Origin: Candidatus Woesearchaeota archaeon | Lineage (GTDB): Archaea; Nanobdellota; Nanobdellia; Woesearchaeales; JAGWAF01 | Assembly (NCBI GenBank): GCA_016932755.1 | Contig: JAFGCE010000085.1 | Span: forward strand, 1 to 55,568 | Reading direction: 5' to 3' | Length of the DNA stretch: 55,568 bases | Shown: in pieces, positions 9,239-19,007 of the stretch | Numbering within the stretch: position 1 is the first letter of the stretch | Layout: every line of letters starts with the position of its first letter | Notes under the pieces: generated by a model | Told to the model about the DNA's origin: nothing | Database searches by the model: none | What the model saw: only the letters and a program-made list of their open reading frames with translations | Program-made: the position numbers and the translations under genes

Positions 9239-10087
9239 ATGATTCCTGTAACTGCTCTTTCATCATACCTTTACTGCCCCAGAAAGCTGTTTATCGAAAG
9301 GGTTCTTGGTATCAAAATTGAATTGCCGAAAGAGGCGATTATCAAAGGCTCAATAAGGCACGAGGTTTATGAAAAAATAAACAAGGCACAGGAAGAGCTT
9401 GTCAAATCAATAAAAAGCAAGGACTGGGCTTTTATTTACGAGATTTACAGGGCAAGATACATTAGGATACTGAAGAAAGTAATTATCACAAACAAAGAAC
9501 AGCTCAGGCTGATAGAAACCCCGCTAACAGACTTCTTCAGGGAAATAAAGCCAATGATAGAGAATGAGGCAGAATACAGGGCTATGGGCATATTTGATTT
9601 TGCAGGAAGGACAGGATTCCTGGGTGAAGAGCTGTGGGAAAACCTTATTCCTAAAACAAAGCCTGAATACAGGATTTCTTCTGACAGCCTGGGGCTGAGA
9701 GGGATAATAGATGAACTGCAGGTTTATGAGAATTTTTTTGTTCCTGTGGAATTCAAGACAGGAAAAATGCCAAATGAGGGGGTGTGGCCAGGCCACAAGA
9801 TACAGGTAGGGGCGTATGCGCTTCTTTTGGAGGAAAATTTTGGGGTTCAAATAACAAAAGCTGTAGTAAGGTATCTTGACACAAACACAACAAGGGATGT
9901 GCTTATAAACCCCTTTTTAAAAGAAGAAGTAAAATCGCTTATAATCCGGGTTCAGGAACTGCTCAATTCAGCTGAAATTCCGGGGTTTGCTGACAACGAA
10001 AACAAGTGCAGCGCATGTGATTTAAAAGACGTGTGCCATGATAAAAAGGCACTTGAACTAAAAACAAAAGATTTAAATAGAACATAA
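9239..10087 (+). CDS. Cas4-family (DUF83) PD-(D/E)xK exonuclease with a 4-Cys cluster, stand-alone
   Basis: N-terminal YLYCPRKLF, RecB motifs GIIDEL / VPVEFKTGK / QVGAYALLLEE, and C-terminal CSACDLKDVC. Start moved to 9239 (MIPVTAL) because the promoter 16-mer lies inside the longer ORF. Confidence 0.75.
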   Translation: MIPVTALSSYLYCPRKLFIERVLGIKIELPKEAIIKGSIRHEVYEKINKAQEELVKSIKSKDWAFIYEIYRARYIRILKKVIITNKEQLRLIETPLTDFFREIKPMIENEAEYRAMGIFDFAGRTGFLGEELWENLIPKTKPEYRISSDSLGLRGIIDELQVYENFFVPVEFKTGKMPNEGVWPGHKIQVGAYALLLEENFGVQITKAVVRYLDTNTTRDVLINPFLKEEVKSLIIRVQELLNSAEIPGFADNENKCSACDLKDVCHDKKALELKTKDLNRT

Positions 10088-10128
10088 TAAATATTTAATT
10101 CAGAATTTTAAGGGGTTAGGTGAATTAA

Positions 10129-10392
10129 ATGGCCGAAGAAGATAAAAAATTTTCAAAACAGCTTATAGGAAAAACAGTAGTCAGCAAAGCAGGAAAAAGG
10201 TTTGGCGAGTTGGGAGACATTATCTTTGAGACAAGGTCCGGAGAACTTATCCATATGGTTCTTCAGAATCCTACATCATACACTGAAAAACTGGAACTTG
10301 AGAAAAACAAGGAAGGACAGATTCTTATTCCTTTCAGTGCAGTGATTGCTATCGGCGACTTCATGGTTGTGTCAGAGGAAGACATAATCTAA
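10129..10392 (+). CDS. PRC-barrel domain protein
   Basis: LIGKTVVSKAGKRFGELGDIIFE...ILIPFSAVIAIGDFMVV pattern. AGGTGA SD upstream. Confidence 0.55.
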   Translation: MAEEDKKFSKQLIGKTVVSKAGKRFGELGDIIFETRSGELIHMVLQNPTSYTEKLELEKNKEGQILIPFSAVIAIGDFMVVSEEDII

Positions 10393-10426
10393 TTTTTTTG
10401 TTTTGCCTGCTTCTTGTTTTTTAAGA

Positions 10427-10439
10427 AAAGTATATAAAG
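10427..10439 (+). promoter_or_regulatory. TATA-like box upstream of rfcS
   Basis: 'aaaagtatataaa' centred about 28 nt upstream of the ATG at 10462. Confidence 0.4.
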
Positions 10440-10461
10440 AAAGCCAGTTTTCTAAAAACCT

Positions 10462-11421
10462 ATGACAGATGCAATCTGGACTGAAAAATACAGGCCTAAG
10501 AAGTTTTCTGACATAAAGGGCCAAAAGGAAATTGTAAAAAGGGTAAAGGCATTTGTCGAGCAGAAAAACATGCCGCACCTTCTTTTTGCAGGGCCTGCAG
10601 GAACAGGGAAAACATCACTTTCACTTGTTATAGCAAGAACACTGTTTGGGGAAGAATGGAGAGCGAACTTTCTTGAGCTTAATGCATCTGACGAAAGGGG
10701 GATAGATGTTGTAAGAAACAAGGTAAAGGATTTTGCAAGAACAAGGGCAATAGGCGATGTTCCTTTCAAGATAATCTATCTTGACGAGTGCGATGCATTG
10801 ACAAAAGAAGCGCAGCAGGCTTTGAGAAGGACAATGGAAAATTATACCCAAACATGCAGGTTTATCCTGGCTGCAAACTACAGCAGCAAGATCATTGACC
10901 CGATACAGAGCAGGTGCGCGGTTTTCAAATTCAGGCCTTTGGATAAAAAGGACATATTTTCTATACTGGAAAATATAAGCAGGACAGAAAAACTGAAGAT
11001 AGGCCCGAAAGCAGAGGAAGCGCTGTTTGAAGTCAGCGATGGAGACTGCAGGAAAGCTGAAAACATCCTGCAGAGCTGCGCTGCAATAAGCAATGAGATA
11101 ACTGAGGACTTTATTTTTTCACTTGCCTCGGCAGCAAAGCCAAAGGAGGTAAAGGGCATACTTGTGCTTGCAGTTGAAGGAAAATTTATTGACGCGAGGA
11201 ACAAGCTTCTTGATGTAATGCTCAGCTACGGCCTAAGCGGCCTTGACATAATAAAGCAGATACAGAAAGAGGTTTGGGAGCTTGAGCTTGAGAACAGGAA
11301 AAAGGCAGCTCTTGTTGACAAGTGCGGGGAGATTGAGTTTAGGATGGTTGAGGGCAGTGATGAGTTCCTGCAGCTCGAGGCGCTGCTGGCTTTTTTTTCT
11401 CAAATAAAAAATAAAGAATAA
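10462..11421 (+). CDS. rfcS: replication factor C small subunit
   Basis: WTEKYRP N-terminus, Walker A GPAGTGKTS, DECD box, SRC motif (IQSRCAVFKF). 319 aa. Confidence 0.92.
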   Translation: MTDAIWTEKYRPKKFSDIKGQKEIVKRVKAFVEQKNMPHLLFAGPAGTGKTSLSLVIARTLFGEEWRANFLELNASDERGIDVVRNKVKDFARTRAIGDVPFKIIYLDECDALTKEAQQALRRTMENYTQTCRFILAANYSSKIIDPIQSRCAVFKFRPLDKKDIFSILENISRTEKLKIGPKAEEALFEVSDGDCRKAENILQSCAAISNEITEDFIFSLASAAKPKEVKGILVLAVEGKFIDARNKLLDVMLSYGLSGLDIIKQIQKEVWELELENRKKAALVDKCGEIEFRMVEGSDEFLQLEALLAFFSQIKNKE

Positions 11422-11439
11422 GAAAATAAAAAAATAAAT

Positions 11440-12372
11440 TTATTCTCCGCTGTGCCTTACAAGGATTTGTGTTGAGGTTGAGCTTTCATAGTCATACCCC
11501 AAGTCTATCCTCAAAGGAAGCTGGTAATCCCCTGGGTTAGGTATTGTCAAAGTGCATGAGACTGTCTTTGTTCCTCCGAACAGCTTGACAAACCCTTCTG
11601 TTTCTTCGCTTAGACCTGAACACTCTAAACCGGAGATCCCTGCATCAACTTTCACATAAATCCTGTCCTCAAATGCCATTGACTCCTTGTTGCACAAGGT
11701 ATCTTGCTCATAGATGCTTCCTGTTCCTGAATGAGTTATAGTGAAGCTGAACCCGACTTTCTCGCTTGACCTTGCGCTCTCTGTAAAGCTTGTTACCTGG
11801 ACAGGAGCTGCTGAGTTGAACAGTGTCTTTGCTTCGTTTATTGTGCAGATTCCTCCTTCCTGAGGGTTAAGTATGTTCTCCCTTACACAAAGCTGGCTTA
11901 CAGCAGTTGTTCCATACCTGTAGCAGACATCAGCCCTGATAGGGTATGTAAGCTCTGAGCCTGTGATAGACTCCCGGTGGTTGAAGTTTGTGAACTCAAC
12001 AAGCACAGGAGGGGATTCAAGCAAAGTTCCTGTAGGGTCTCTCTGCTTCTTTGGCAAATCCTCAGGCGCGTTCTTTGCAAGCTGGGATTCAGCGAGATTG
12101 AACTGCTCAGCCCTTATTCCGCTGATTTTTACCTTTATATTGTTTTTCGGGATATCCCATTCGCCGTCATTCTTCAGCCTGACAACGATGTCAAAAGGGA
12201 AGTCCCCGCCGTCAAAAACTTCTGCAGGAGGCGAATCCTCAAAGCTTATTGAAACTCCGCTTGTTCCGCCAAGGAATGGAGTTCCAGCTCCAGGGAGCTG
12301 ACCCTCTCCTTCACCGCAGCCTGTTAAAAACAGCATGCTTATTACCGCCATTGCAAAAATGTATTTTTTCAT
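11440..12372 (-). CDS. secreted lipoprotein, paralog A of a tandem triplet
   Basis: Signal peptide plus lipobox LTGC. Shares blocks with the next two genes (G..G(V/L)xIxF, CY.Y.T.A...C(V/I), final Y..PL.(I/V)...Y.Y..S). GAGGTAA SD. Confidence 0.7.
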   Translation of the reverse strand: MKKYIFAMAVISMLFLTGCGEGEGQLPGAGTPFLGGTSGVSISFEDSPPAEVFDGGDFPFDIVVRLKNDGEWDIPKNNIKVKISGIRAEQFNLAESQLAKNAPEDLPKKQRDPTGTLLESPPVLVEFTNFNHRESITGSELTYPIRADVCYRYGTTAVSQLCVRENILNPQEGGICTINEAKTLFNSAAPVQVTSFTESARSSEKVGFSFTITHSGTGSIYEQDTLCNKESMAFEDRIYVKVDAGISGLECSGLSEETEGFVKLFGGTKTVSCTLTIPNPGDYQLPLRIDLGYDYESSTSTQILVRHSGE

Positions 12373-12400
12373 TTTTCATTACCTCGTTTTTTTATTTTGA

Positions 12401-13345
12401 TTATGGAGTCTGAACTATTTCTATCTGCTTTGACACTGTTGACATGTACCCATAGTCAACTTCAACTGTCAGGGGGGTTGTATAAGCAGGTCCTGTGCCA
12501 AGATTGCCGAGCTCGCAGAACACTGTTGCCTGGCCGTTAATAAGCCTGACATTTCCCTCATTGTCCATTGGCTTGCAGCTTGGCGTTATTGTTTTTCCGG
12601 CTACACTTACTCCTGTTAGCCTTACAACATCAATCTCATTGAATTCAAGACCTCTTGTATGGTATGGGTTGCATTTAGCCAGGTAATCCCCTCCATATTT
12701 GAAAACAGTACCTCCGCCAACATTAGATATATGTATCTTGAATCTTGTAATCCTAGGAGTGGGGTCAACTTCAACAGTTGTTACAGCTATAGGAGCTCCC
12801 TGTGTTCCAAAGCTTACCGGGCCTGGTGTGCAGACTTTCCTTTCAGTTGTTGATGCAAAAGGGTTTGGGTCAATGCATACATTGTCGCTTGCTGTTGTTT
12901 TGTATCCATAGCATACAGTTGCAAGGACAGTTGCAGGATACCTGTCAACCTTTTTCATACTCAGAGGATACACCTGCCCGCTGAACTGGATTGTGTCATA
13001 CCCTCCGTCAGCGTTGTATTCAGTTATTCCCTCAAATTCTGAAGGAAGCCTTTCTCCGTTTGTTGATATTCCGGTTATGATTCCTATGTCAAATCCGCTA
13101 AGGTAAATTCTGTCCCCTCCGAATCCGGTAGCATAAGAGCCTTTGTTTCTCAGCTCGATTATCACATCAAAGGGCTCGTCGTCATACATCTGGGTCCTCG
13201 GGTAGTTCGGCATAAAATTAATTACAAGACCCTGGCTGCCGGTCCTGTAGCCAGCTACAGGCTCTTTCCTTCCGCCAAGCCCCTCCCTGCAGCCGGAAAA
13301 AGCTATCATAAGAACTAAAATAGATATCACCAATGCTTTTTTCAT
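12401..13345 (-). CDS. secreted lipoprotein, paralog B
   Basis: Signal peptide plus lipobox FSGC, with the same conserved blocks as 11440 and 13387. ATG at 13345 has AAGAGG 9 nt upstream; an ATG at 13354 is also possible. Confidence 0.7.
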   Translation of the reverse strand: MKKALVISILVLMIAFSGCREGLGGRKEPVAGYRTGSQGLVINFMPNYPRTQMYDDEPFDVIIELRNKGSYATGFGGDRIYLSGFDIGIITGISTNGERLPSEFEGITEYNADGGYDTIQFSGQVYPLSMKKVDRYPATVLATVCYGYKTTASDNVCIDPNPFASTTERKVCTPGPVSFGTQGAPIAVTTVEVDPTPRITRFKIHISNVGGGTVFKYGGDYLAKCNPYHTRGLEFNEIDVVRLTGVSVAGKTITPSCKPMDNEGNVRLINGQATVFCELGNLGTGPAYTTPLTVEVDYGYMSTVSKQIEIVQTP

Positions 13346-13386
13346 TTTATACATCCTCTTAGCAAATGCTTATTTAAATTTTTTGC

Positions 13387-14370
13387 TTAAACCTGTTTTC
13401 TTACAAGCACTTGTTTTGATATAGTGAAAGTATATCCGTAACTCATGTCAATCATCAGAGGGGTTGTATACGTTCCTCTTGATTTGGGTATCCCTTCTGC
13501 CAGCGTGCATCTGATGTAATCTTCATCACGCTCAAGCTTTACATAGCCTGTCTTGCTTTCTTCCGAGCCTTCATATTTTGGGGTGCAGTCAAGCTGTACG
13601 CTTCTGTCTGAAAGATACGCATTCAAGCCGACAACATTCCATGCCTTGCTCGCGATTCCGGTTGCCTTGCACGCGTTTTGGTACAGCCCCAGCTCTACAG
13701 GCAGGCCGTTTCCCATGTTTTTGACATAAATCATGTATGTTGGTATTATCAGCTCTTCATTTTCATGAGGCATCATCTTCTGCTCAATTTTTGTTATAGC
13801 TATTGGCGCTCCCTGTCCTGCAGGCAGTTCCTGGCCTCCCTGGGTTCTTGTCCCCATTCCGATTGTCGTTGGAGTGCATGCTTTTTGCGCCTGCCTTTCC
13901 CCGAATATGTCAGGGTCAACGCAGACTGTTGCTGTTGCCTCTGTCCTGTATGGATAGCATGCTGTCAGGGCAATGTTTGTTGTGATTGTCTCAGACTGGG
14001 GGTCAAGTTTTGCAGCTTCAACCTGGATTGTTTTCCTATCAATACCTCCAATAGGGTCGTACAAAGATTTTCCTGCCAAATCAAAATTTTCAAAGCCGTC
14101 CTGGTATTCCTGCGACCTTACATAAAGATACTCTTCAGTGCTCAGGACGAGAATCCCTCCCTTTATATCATAAGCTCCCTGGTTTGACATTTCAATAGAA
14201 ACAGGGAACACTTCGCCTAAATAAACCTCTCCTGGAGGGCTTTGTTCCATAAAGCTCATTTCAAGCCCCTGCGTTCCAACATGCACTTCGACAGGTTTTG
14301 GTGTTGCAGGACCTCCGCAGGCTGCGATTAACATAAGCCCAATTATTGCAAAAATAAATTTTATTTTCAT
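13387..14370 (-). CDS. secreted lipoprotein, paralog C
   Basis: MKIKFIFAIIGLMLIAAC lipobox start at 14370 with GGAGGC upstream. Same blocks as the paralogs (TACYPYRTEATATVCVDPD; YTTPLMIDMSYGYTFTISKQ). Confidence 0.7.
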   Translation of the reverse strand: MKIKFIFAIIGLMLIAACGGPATPKPVEVHVGTQGLEMSFMEQSPPGEVYLGEVFPVSIEMSNQGAYDIKGGILVLSTEEYLYVRSQEYQDGFENFDLAGKSLYDPIGGIDRKTIQVEAAKLDPQSETITTNIALTACYPYRTEATATVCVDPDIFGERQAQKACTPTTIGMGTRTQGGQELPAGQGAPIAITKIEQKMMPHENEELIIPTYMIYVKNMGNGLPVELGLYQNACKATGIASKAWNVVGLNAYLSDRSVQLDCTPKYEGSEESKTGYVKLERDEDYIRCTLAEGIPKSRGTYTTPLMIDMSYGYTFTISKQVLVRKQV

Positions 14371-14371
14371 T

Positions 14372-16636
14372 TTAGCCTCCAGTGATAGCAAGCTCGCCGG
14401 TTTTTTCATCCTTGTTCCCATTAACATCTTCTGTGATAAGCCTGTAGCTGTAGCCAGTTGTGCCGATGCTGCCTAAATTTCTTGAGTGTGATTTATCAAA
14501 AGTAACTTCGTTTGGCGTTGGGAAGACAGAATAAGGGCGCAGGGTTTCAAAATACTCGAATATGTCGTTTGAAGGCTCGTCAGTTTGCCACGAAACAACA
14601 ACAGAACCGCCCTCCTGCTTTACTGCCCTGAAGTGTTCTATTTTAGGAGGGGTGATGTCATATGTTTCTGATGCTCCAGCCACAATAGAAGTTGGCTGGA
14701 CTGCCTTGACATCAATAACTTTTTCCTTTTCAAGATTATAAGTATAATCTACTGTGACCTTGAAATATTTTGTTGATATCGGAGAGACTCCCAGGATTTT
14801 GTCATAATTTGCTTTGTTGACCCTCATATATCCTCTATAGCTCTTGAAATTTCCTGTGTAAAGCTCACCAATGTTGTCTGTTGTTACAACATAAACATTG
14901 TTTTCGTCATCATTGCAAAGAAGGCTTTCGTTTTTAGGCAGGTCAATGCAAAGCGCCTGGCTGTAGTTCGCCCCAATATCAATCAGCTCAAACCCTTTCG
15001 GCACGATAACAACCATCCTGTTAATCTGCGTGACCATTCCATCCCAGTTGTTTTCAATTGTTATACCCAAAGTTAATGTTGTCTGCGGTTCATTGAGGTC
15101 TATGCCAACAGGAGGCTTTCCTACACTCATTCCAATACCTACAGGACCGACAGTGTATGTTGCAATGGGCTCTTTTTCAGTTATGCCATACTGCTCAAGA
15201 GGGTCAATCTCCTCCCTTCTCATGCTTCTCAGCCTGTCTAAATCCATGAAATAGCTCTTGACATAGCTCATTGTCTTGAAATTGAATTTTGCTCCCAAAG
15301 TAACTGTCTGTGCTCCTTTTTCCAACTCTCCAGACTCAAATTTGCAGTCAATATCCCTTTCGTCATATATGTCCACAAGGAAGCTTTCCTGCGGGAATAT
15401 TTTTGGAGTCACATCCCTTTTTTGGCGGTCGCTCTTGCAGTATAAATCCACGTTCATTGCCTCATCCAAAGTCTGGACAATAAGTGTTGCGTATAATGTC
15501 ACAGGTCTGTTTTCATAGAAGACAGGATCTGCCTGCTTTATATCCTCAAGATAAACCCCGAGCTTTGCCTGCGCGTTTTCATCAACCTTTCCTGTGTAAT
15601 AATCCCCTGTTGCCTTGTAAAGCTGTTTTTGGTAATAGGTCTGTATTGCATTTATGGGGTTAAGCTTAGCAAGGGTATTCTTGAATCCCTGTCCAGCCAC
15701 ATTAGCGCTGCTTATCGCATCCCCCAATGGGCCTCCAAAATTTTGACCTCCAAGAAGAGGTGCAACTACAAAGAAAACAATGCTTCCTAAAGCTCCAATT
15801 ACAAGAACAGTCAAAAACAGCCCAATAGCTATCCCTCTTGAATCAGGGTCTCTTAATGCAAGCAGGAACACAATAACAAGGAATATTACAATCGGCATGA
15901 TTGCAAGCGCCCTGTTCATGAGATAGAATGAAATAGTTGCAAACCCTGTAAGAGCCAGAATAAAAGTCCATCCTTTTTTTTCAACACCAAGGAAGCCAGG
16001 TCTTTTTGTTCTTCCGGCCCCTCCAAGTTCCTTTGCTTCTTTTTTGAGGGATTTTATTTCCCCTTTTTCTTTTCTTACAGCCCTCCATGACATAATGACT
16101 GAGATAGTATACCAAGGCATGACATCCAGGAACGGAATGAATTCCATCAAAGCCATTTTTTTGTAGTATTTGCCGAGCATGAAAGAGAAAAAAATCTGCA
16201 TAGGTATATCAGCAGCCCATTCCCCTGCTTCTGAGCTAAAAAGTGTGACTATGCTTATAATTATGTCAACAATATCATAAATCAGCGCAACAACAAGGCA
16301 AATAAGTATCTTTGTTGTTGAAGGAATAGTAGACCTTATTTCTTTTATCTTTCTCTTTATCTCGCTCGTCATTGTTTTCTTGATTGCCTGAGTTTCAGCT
16401 TCCTGCTCTTCCTGTTCTTCGTGCTCTCTTTTTATTTCACCCTGCTGTATCTTGGTTGCCTGCTCTTCCTGTTGCTTTTCCTTCTGGAGCTGCTCAAAAA
16501 CATCCTTGTAAAGTTCGCCTTCAGCAGAATATGAGCCTCCCCCGCCAGCACCGGGGAAGGCCATATAGGTCAGGTAATTGGTTTTTACCTTCTTAAGTTT
16601 AGAAATACCACCCTCTTTTTTCCCTGCTGGTTCCAT
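14372..16636 (-). CDS. polytopic membrane protein with a large extracellular C-terminal region (FN3-like end)
   Basis: E/Q/K-rich N-terminus, at least 6 hydrophobic helices, then about 450 aa of beta-rich sequence. It ends in an FN3-like segment (VVVSWQTDEPSND...YSYRLITEDVNGN). AGAGGTAA SD. Confidence 0.65.
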   Translation of the reverse strand: MEPAGKKEGGISKLKKVKTNYLTYMAFPGAGGGGSYSAEGELYKDVFEQLQKEKQQEEQATKIQQGEIKREHEEQEEQEAETQAIKKTMTSEIKRKIKEIRSTIPSTTKILICLVVALIYDIVDIIISIVTLFSSEAGEWAADIPMQIFFSFMLGKYYKKMALMEFIPFLDVMPWYTISVIMSWRAVRKEKGEIKSLKKEAKELGGAGRTKRPGFLGVEKKGWTFILALTGFATISFYLMNRALAIMPIVIFLVIVFLLALRDPDSRGIAIGLFLTVLVIGALGSIVFFVVAPLLGGQNFGGPLGDAISSANVAGQGFKNTLAKLNPINAIQTYYQKQLYKATGDYYTGKVDENAQAKLGVYLEDIKQADPVFYENRPVTLYATLIVQTLDEAMNVDLYCKSDRQKRDVTPKIFPQESFLVDIYDERDIDCKFESGELEKGAQTVTLGAKFNFKTMSYVKSYFMDLDRLRSMRREEIDPLEQYGITEKEPIATYTVGPVGIGMSVGKPPVGIDLNEPQTTLTLGITIENNWDGMVTQINRMVVIVPKGFELIDIGANYSQALCIDLPKNESLLCNDDENNVYVVTTDNIGELYTGNFKSYRGYMRVNKANYDKILGVSPISTKYFKVTVDYTYNLEKEKVIDVKAVQPTSIVAGASETYDITPPKIEHFRAVKQEGGSVVVSWQTDEPSNDIFEYFETLRPYSVFPTPNEVTFDKSHSRNLGSIGTTGYSYRLITEDVNGNKDEKTGELAITGG

Positions 16637-16669
16637 GGTCTACCAATTACCTCTTTTTTAGGAGAAGAA

Positions 16670-17857
16670 TCACTTGTCGTTCATAGTGACTTTCAAATCA
16701 ACAATCTTGAGCACAGTCTTTGGCTTTATCTCAACATAGTTTCTTGCGCCCTCTTCAACCCAGGTGTTTATGTTTCTCCTGTAAACAGCGGTTTTCTGGT
16801 CAAGATAAGCGAGATGCCCGTTGACATTGATTTCAGCTTCCTTGTCCTCATCGTCATCAACAAAGTTAATCTCAAGCCAGACATCCTTGTCTCCGTCAAC
16901 AATTTCATCATAGCTTGTGCTGTTTATATCAAAATAGTCGAGATAAGTCTTGACGTCTTTCAGGTCTGTTTTTACCTTAATCAGCTCAATCCTGTAATTT
17001 CCCTTGTCTGTCTTGAAAACAAGCGTGTTTTTTCCCGGATTAAGCTCTGTCGTGAAAATATCCTGCCTGTTCATGCTTTCGCAGTCAGGCACAGCGCTGA
17101 ATACCTCCCGGTTGTTCAGCAGAACCTGGAGCCTGCCTACCGCCTGCTGTGTGCATACAGGATAGAAGTCAAGCCTTGCGCTCTCAATGTTGTAGTATTC
17201 GTCATTAGTGATTGTGAATATGTTCCTGCTCTCCTGCTGGCTTATGTCTCTTATGTCTCCTGTAACCTGCAGGTCTTCTATGCTGTACTCATTTGTTGTC
17301 CAGAACTTTATGCCTACCCCTCCTACGCTGAACACGAGATTGTTTTCCCCTTCTTTCAGAAGCTCGTTTCTCAGCTCTATAGGCCCTACATTAAGCTGGC
17401 TCACTTCATATTCAAATACCTGGACTCCGTTCAGTGAAATCATAAGCTTTCCTTTTGCTTTTGGCGCTTCAAAAGACAGACCGACATTTCCTGTGTTCTT
17501 GAGGTCTGTTATATAGAAAGTAACATTTTCTGTTTTCTTGTCAAACCAGCCGTTTCTTATGTAGAAAGGATTGACAGCCTCAATGACTTCAGCCTCTGTT
17601 TTTTCCGAGAGGTACACATTCGGGATTGTATGTTCATACTCTGCAGCTCCGACATATTCAAGCCTCATGGATGTTGCGTTCAGGAGGGTTATGTTCTCCT
17701 CATCAGCGCTTACGCTTGCTGTCCCTGTTCCGTCTTCCAAAAGCTCTTCCCTTTCCTCTGGAGGAAGGAATAAAATATACGCAATAAGAATCGCGGCAAT
17801 AATCCCAATTAAAATAGCGGCTTGCGCCCCTGATTGCTGGCCTTTTTTCTTCAACAT
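16670..17857 (-). CDS. pilin-like (class III signal peptide) surface protein
   Basis: N-terminus MLKKKGQQSGAQAAILIGIIAAILIAYILF: basic residues, a G-Q junction, then a hydrophobic helix. AGGTGA SD. First gene of the minus-strand surface operon. Confidence 0.6.
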   Translation of the reverse strand: MLKKKGQQSGAQAAILIGIIAAILIAYILFLPPEEREELLEDGTGTASVSADEENITLLNATSMRLEYVGAAEYEHTIPNVYLSEKTEAEVIEAVNPFYIRNGWFDKKTENVTFYITDLKNTGNVGLSFEAPKAKGKLMISLNGVQVFEYEVSQLNVGPIELRNELLKEGENNLVFSVGGVGIKFWTTNEYSIEDLQVTGDIRDISQQESRNIFTITNDEYYNIESARLDFYPVCTQQAVGRLQVLLNNREVFSAVPDCESMNRQDIFTTELNPGKNTLVFKTDKGNYRIELIKVKTDLKDVKTYLDYFDINSTSYDEIVDGDKDVWLEINFVDDDEDKEAEINVNGHLAYLDQKTAVYRRNINTWVEEGARNYVEIKPKTVLKIVDLKVTMNDK

Positions 17858-17912
17858 ACAATCACCTTTTTTTCTATTTTTAGCACTCTGACTGATATAC
17901 TAAAAATATGAC

Positions 17913-17928
17913 AAAGTATATATAAATG
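17913..17928 (+). promoter_or_regulatory. TATA-like box upstream of pelota
   Basis: 'aaagtatatataaatg' centred about 28 nt upstream of the ATG at 17949. Confidence 0.4.
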
Positions 17929-17948
17929 TTTTTCTTTTTCCAGAGGGA

Positions 17949-19007
17949 ATGAAACAAATACACCTTAATTTGAAGCATGGAATCGCAAAAATAGAGGTTC
18001 AGTCGCAGGATGACCTGTGGTACCTGAGCCAGATTATTGACACAGGCGATTTTGTTAAAGGAAAAACCCTGAGGAAGATACAAAAAGGAAGCGAAGAAAA
18101 GTCAAGGCAGGTAAAAAAAGCGGTTTTTCTTAAGATAGAGGTAGGGAAAGTTGAATTCAGCAAAACTTCTGCAGTGCTCAGGGTTGGGGGAAAGGTTGCT
18201 GAAGGCCCTGAGGATGTTGCAAAAGGCTCATGGCACAGCTTTAGCATAGAGCCTGGAACAACAATAACCCTTGAAAAGCAGCGCTGGCTTTCATACCAGC
18301 TGGAGAAGCTGAAGGAAGCATGCAAATCCAAAGTCCCGAAAATACTAATCTGTGTTTTTGACAGGGAAGAGGCATATTTTGCTTTGATGAAGAAATACGG
18401 CTATGAGCTGCTGTCCAGACTAAAAGGAAAAGTGCAGAAAAAGGCTGTTGAGGAAAAGGTTAAGCCAAGCTTCTATTCTGAAATCATAAAACTGCTGGAA
18501 GAATATGACAAAAGGCACAGCCTTGAGAAGATTATCCTTGCGAGCCCGGCATTCTGGAAGGAGGATCTGATGAAAGAGATGAGAACCAGCCAGCTGAAGC
18601 CGAAGATTGTCCTTGCAACATGCTCGTCAGTAGGAGAAAACGGAATTGACGAGGTTTTGAAAAGGCCTGAGACAATGGAAGCGCTGAGGGAGGAGAGGGC
18701 TGCAAAGGAAATCAATCTTGTCGAGAAAGTTCTCGGGGAGATTTCAAAAGACGGAAAGTCTGCCTACGGAATAAAGGAAGTGGAGCAGGCTGCATCAGCA
18801 GGCGCTGTTGAAATGCTCCTTGTTACAGACGAGCTTATACAAAAACTGAGGGAGAAGGAAAAATACGGGCAGCTGGATGCACTAATGAAGGCAGTAGACT
18901 CTTCAAAGGGCTCAATCACGATAATATCATCAGAGCATGAAGGCGGAAAAAAGCTTTCCGGTTTGGGGGGAATAGCCGCCTTGCTGAGATACAAGCTGAA
19001 TTACTAA
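17949..19007 (+). CDS. pelA: Pelota (Dom34) mRNA surveillance / ribosome rescue factor
   Basis: 352 aa with the N-terminal Sm-like block (EDLWYLSQIIDTGD), the central eRF1-like domain and the C-terminal GGIAALLRY motif. Confidence 0.9.
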   Translation: MKQIHLNLKHGIAKIEVQSQDDLWYLSQIIDTGDFVKGKTLRKIQKGSEEKSRQVKKAVFLKIEVGKVEFSKTSAVLRVGGKVAEGPEDVAKGSWHSFSIEPGTTITLEKQRWLSYQLEKLKEACKSKVPKILICVFDREEAYFALMKKYGYELLSRLKGKVQKKAVEEKVKPSFYSEIIKLLEEYDKRHSLEKIILASPAFWKEDLMKEMRTSQLKPKIVLATCSSVGENGIDEVLKRPETMEALREERAAKEINLVEKVLGEISKDGKSAYGIKEVEQAASAGAVEMLLVTDELIQKLREKEKYGQLDALMKAVDSSKGSITIISSEHEGGKKLSGLGGIAALLRYKLNY

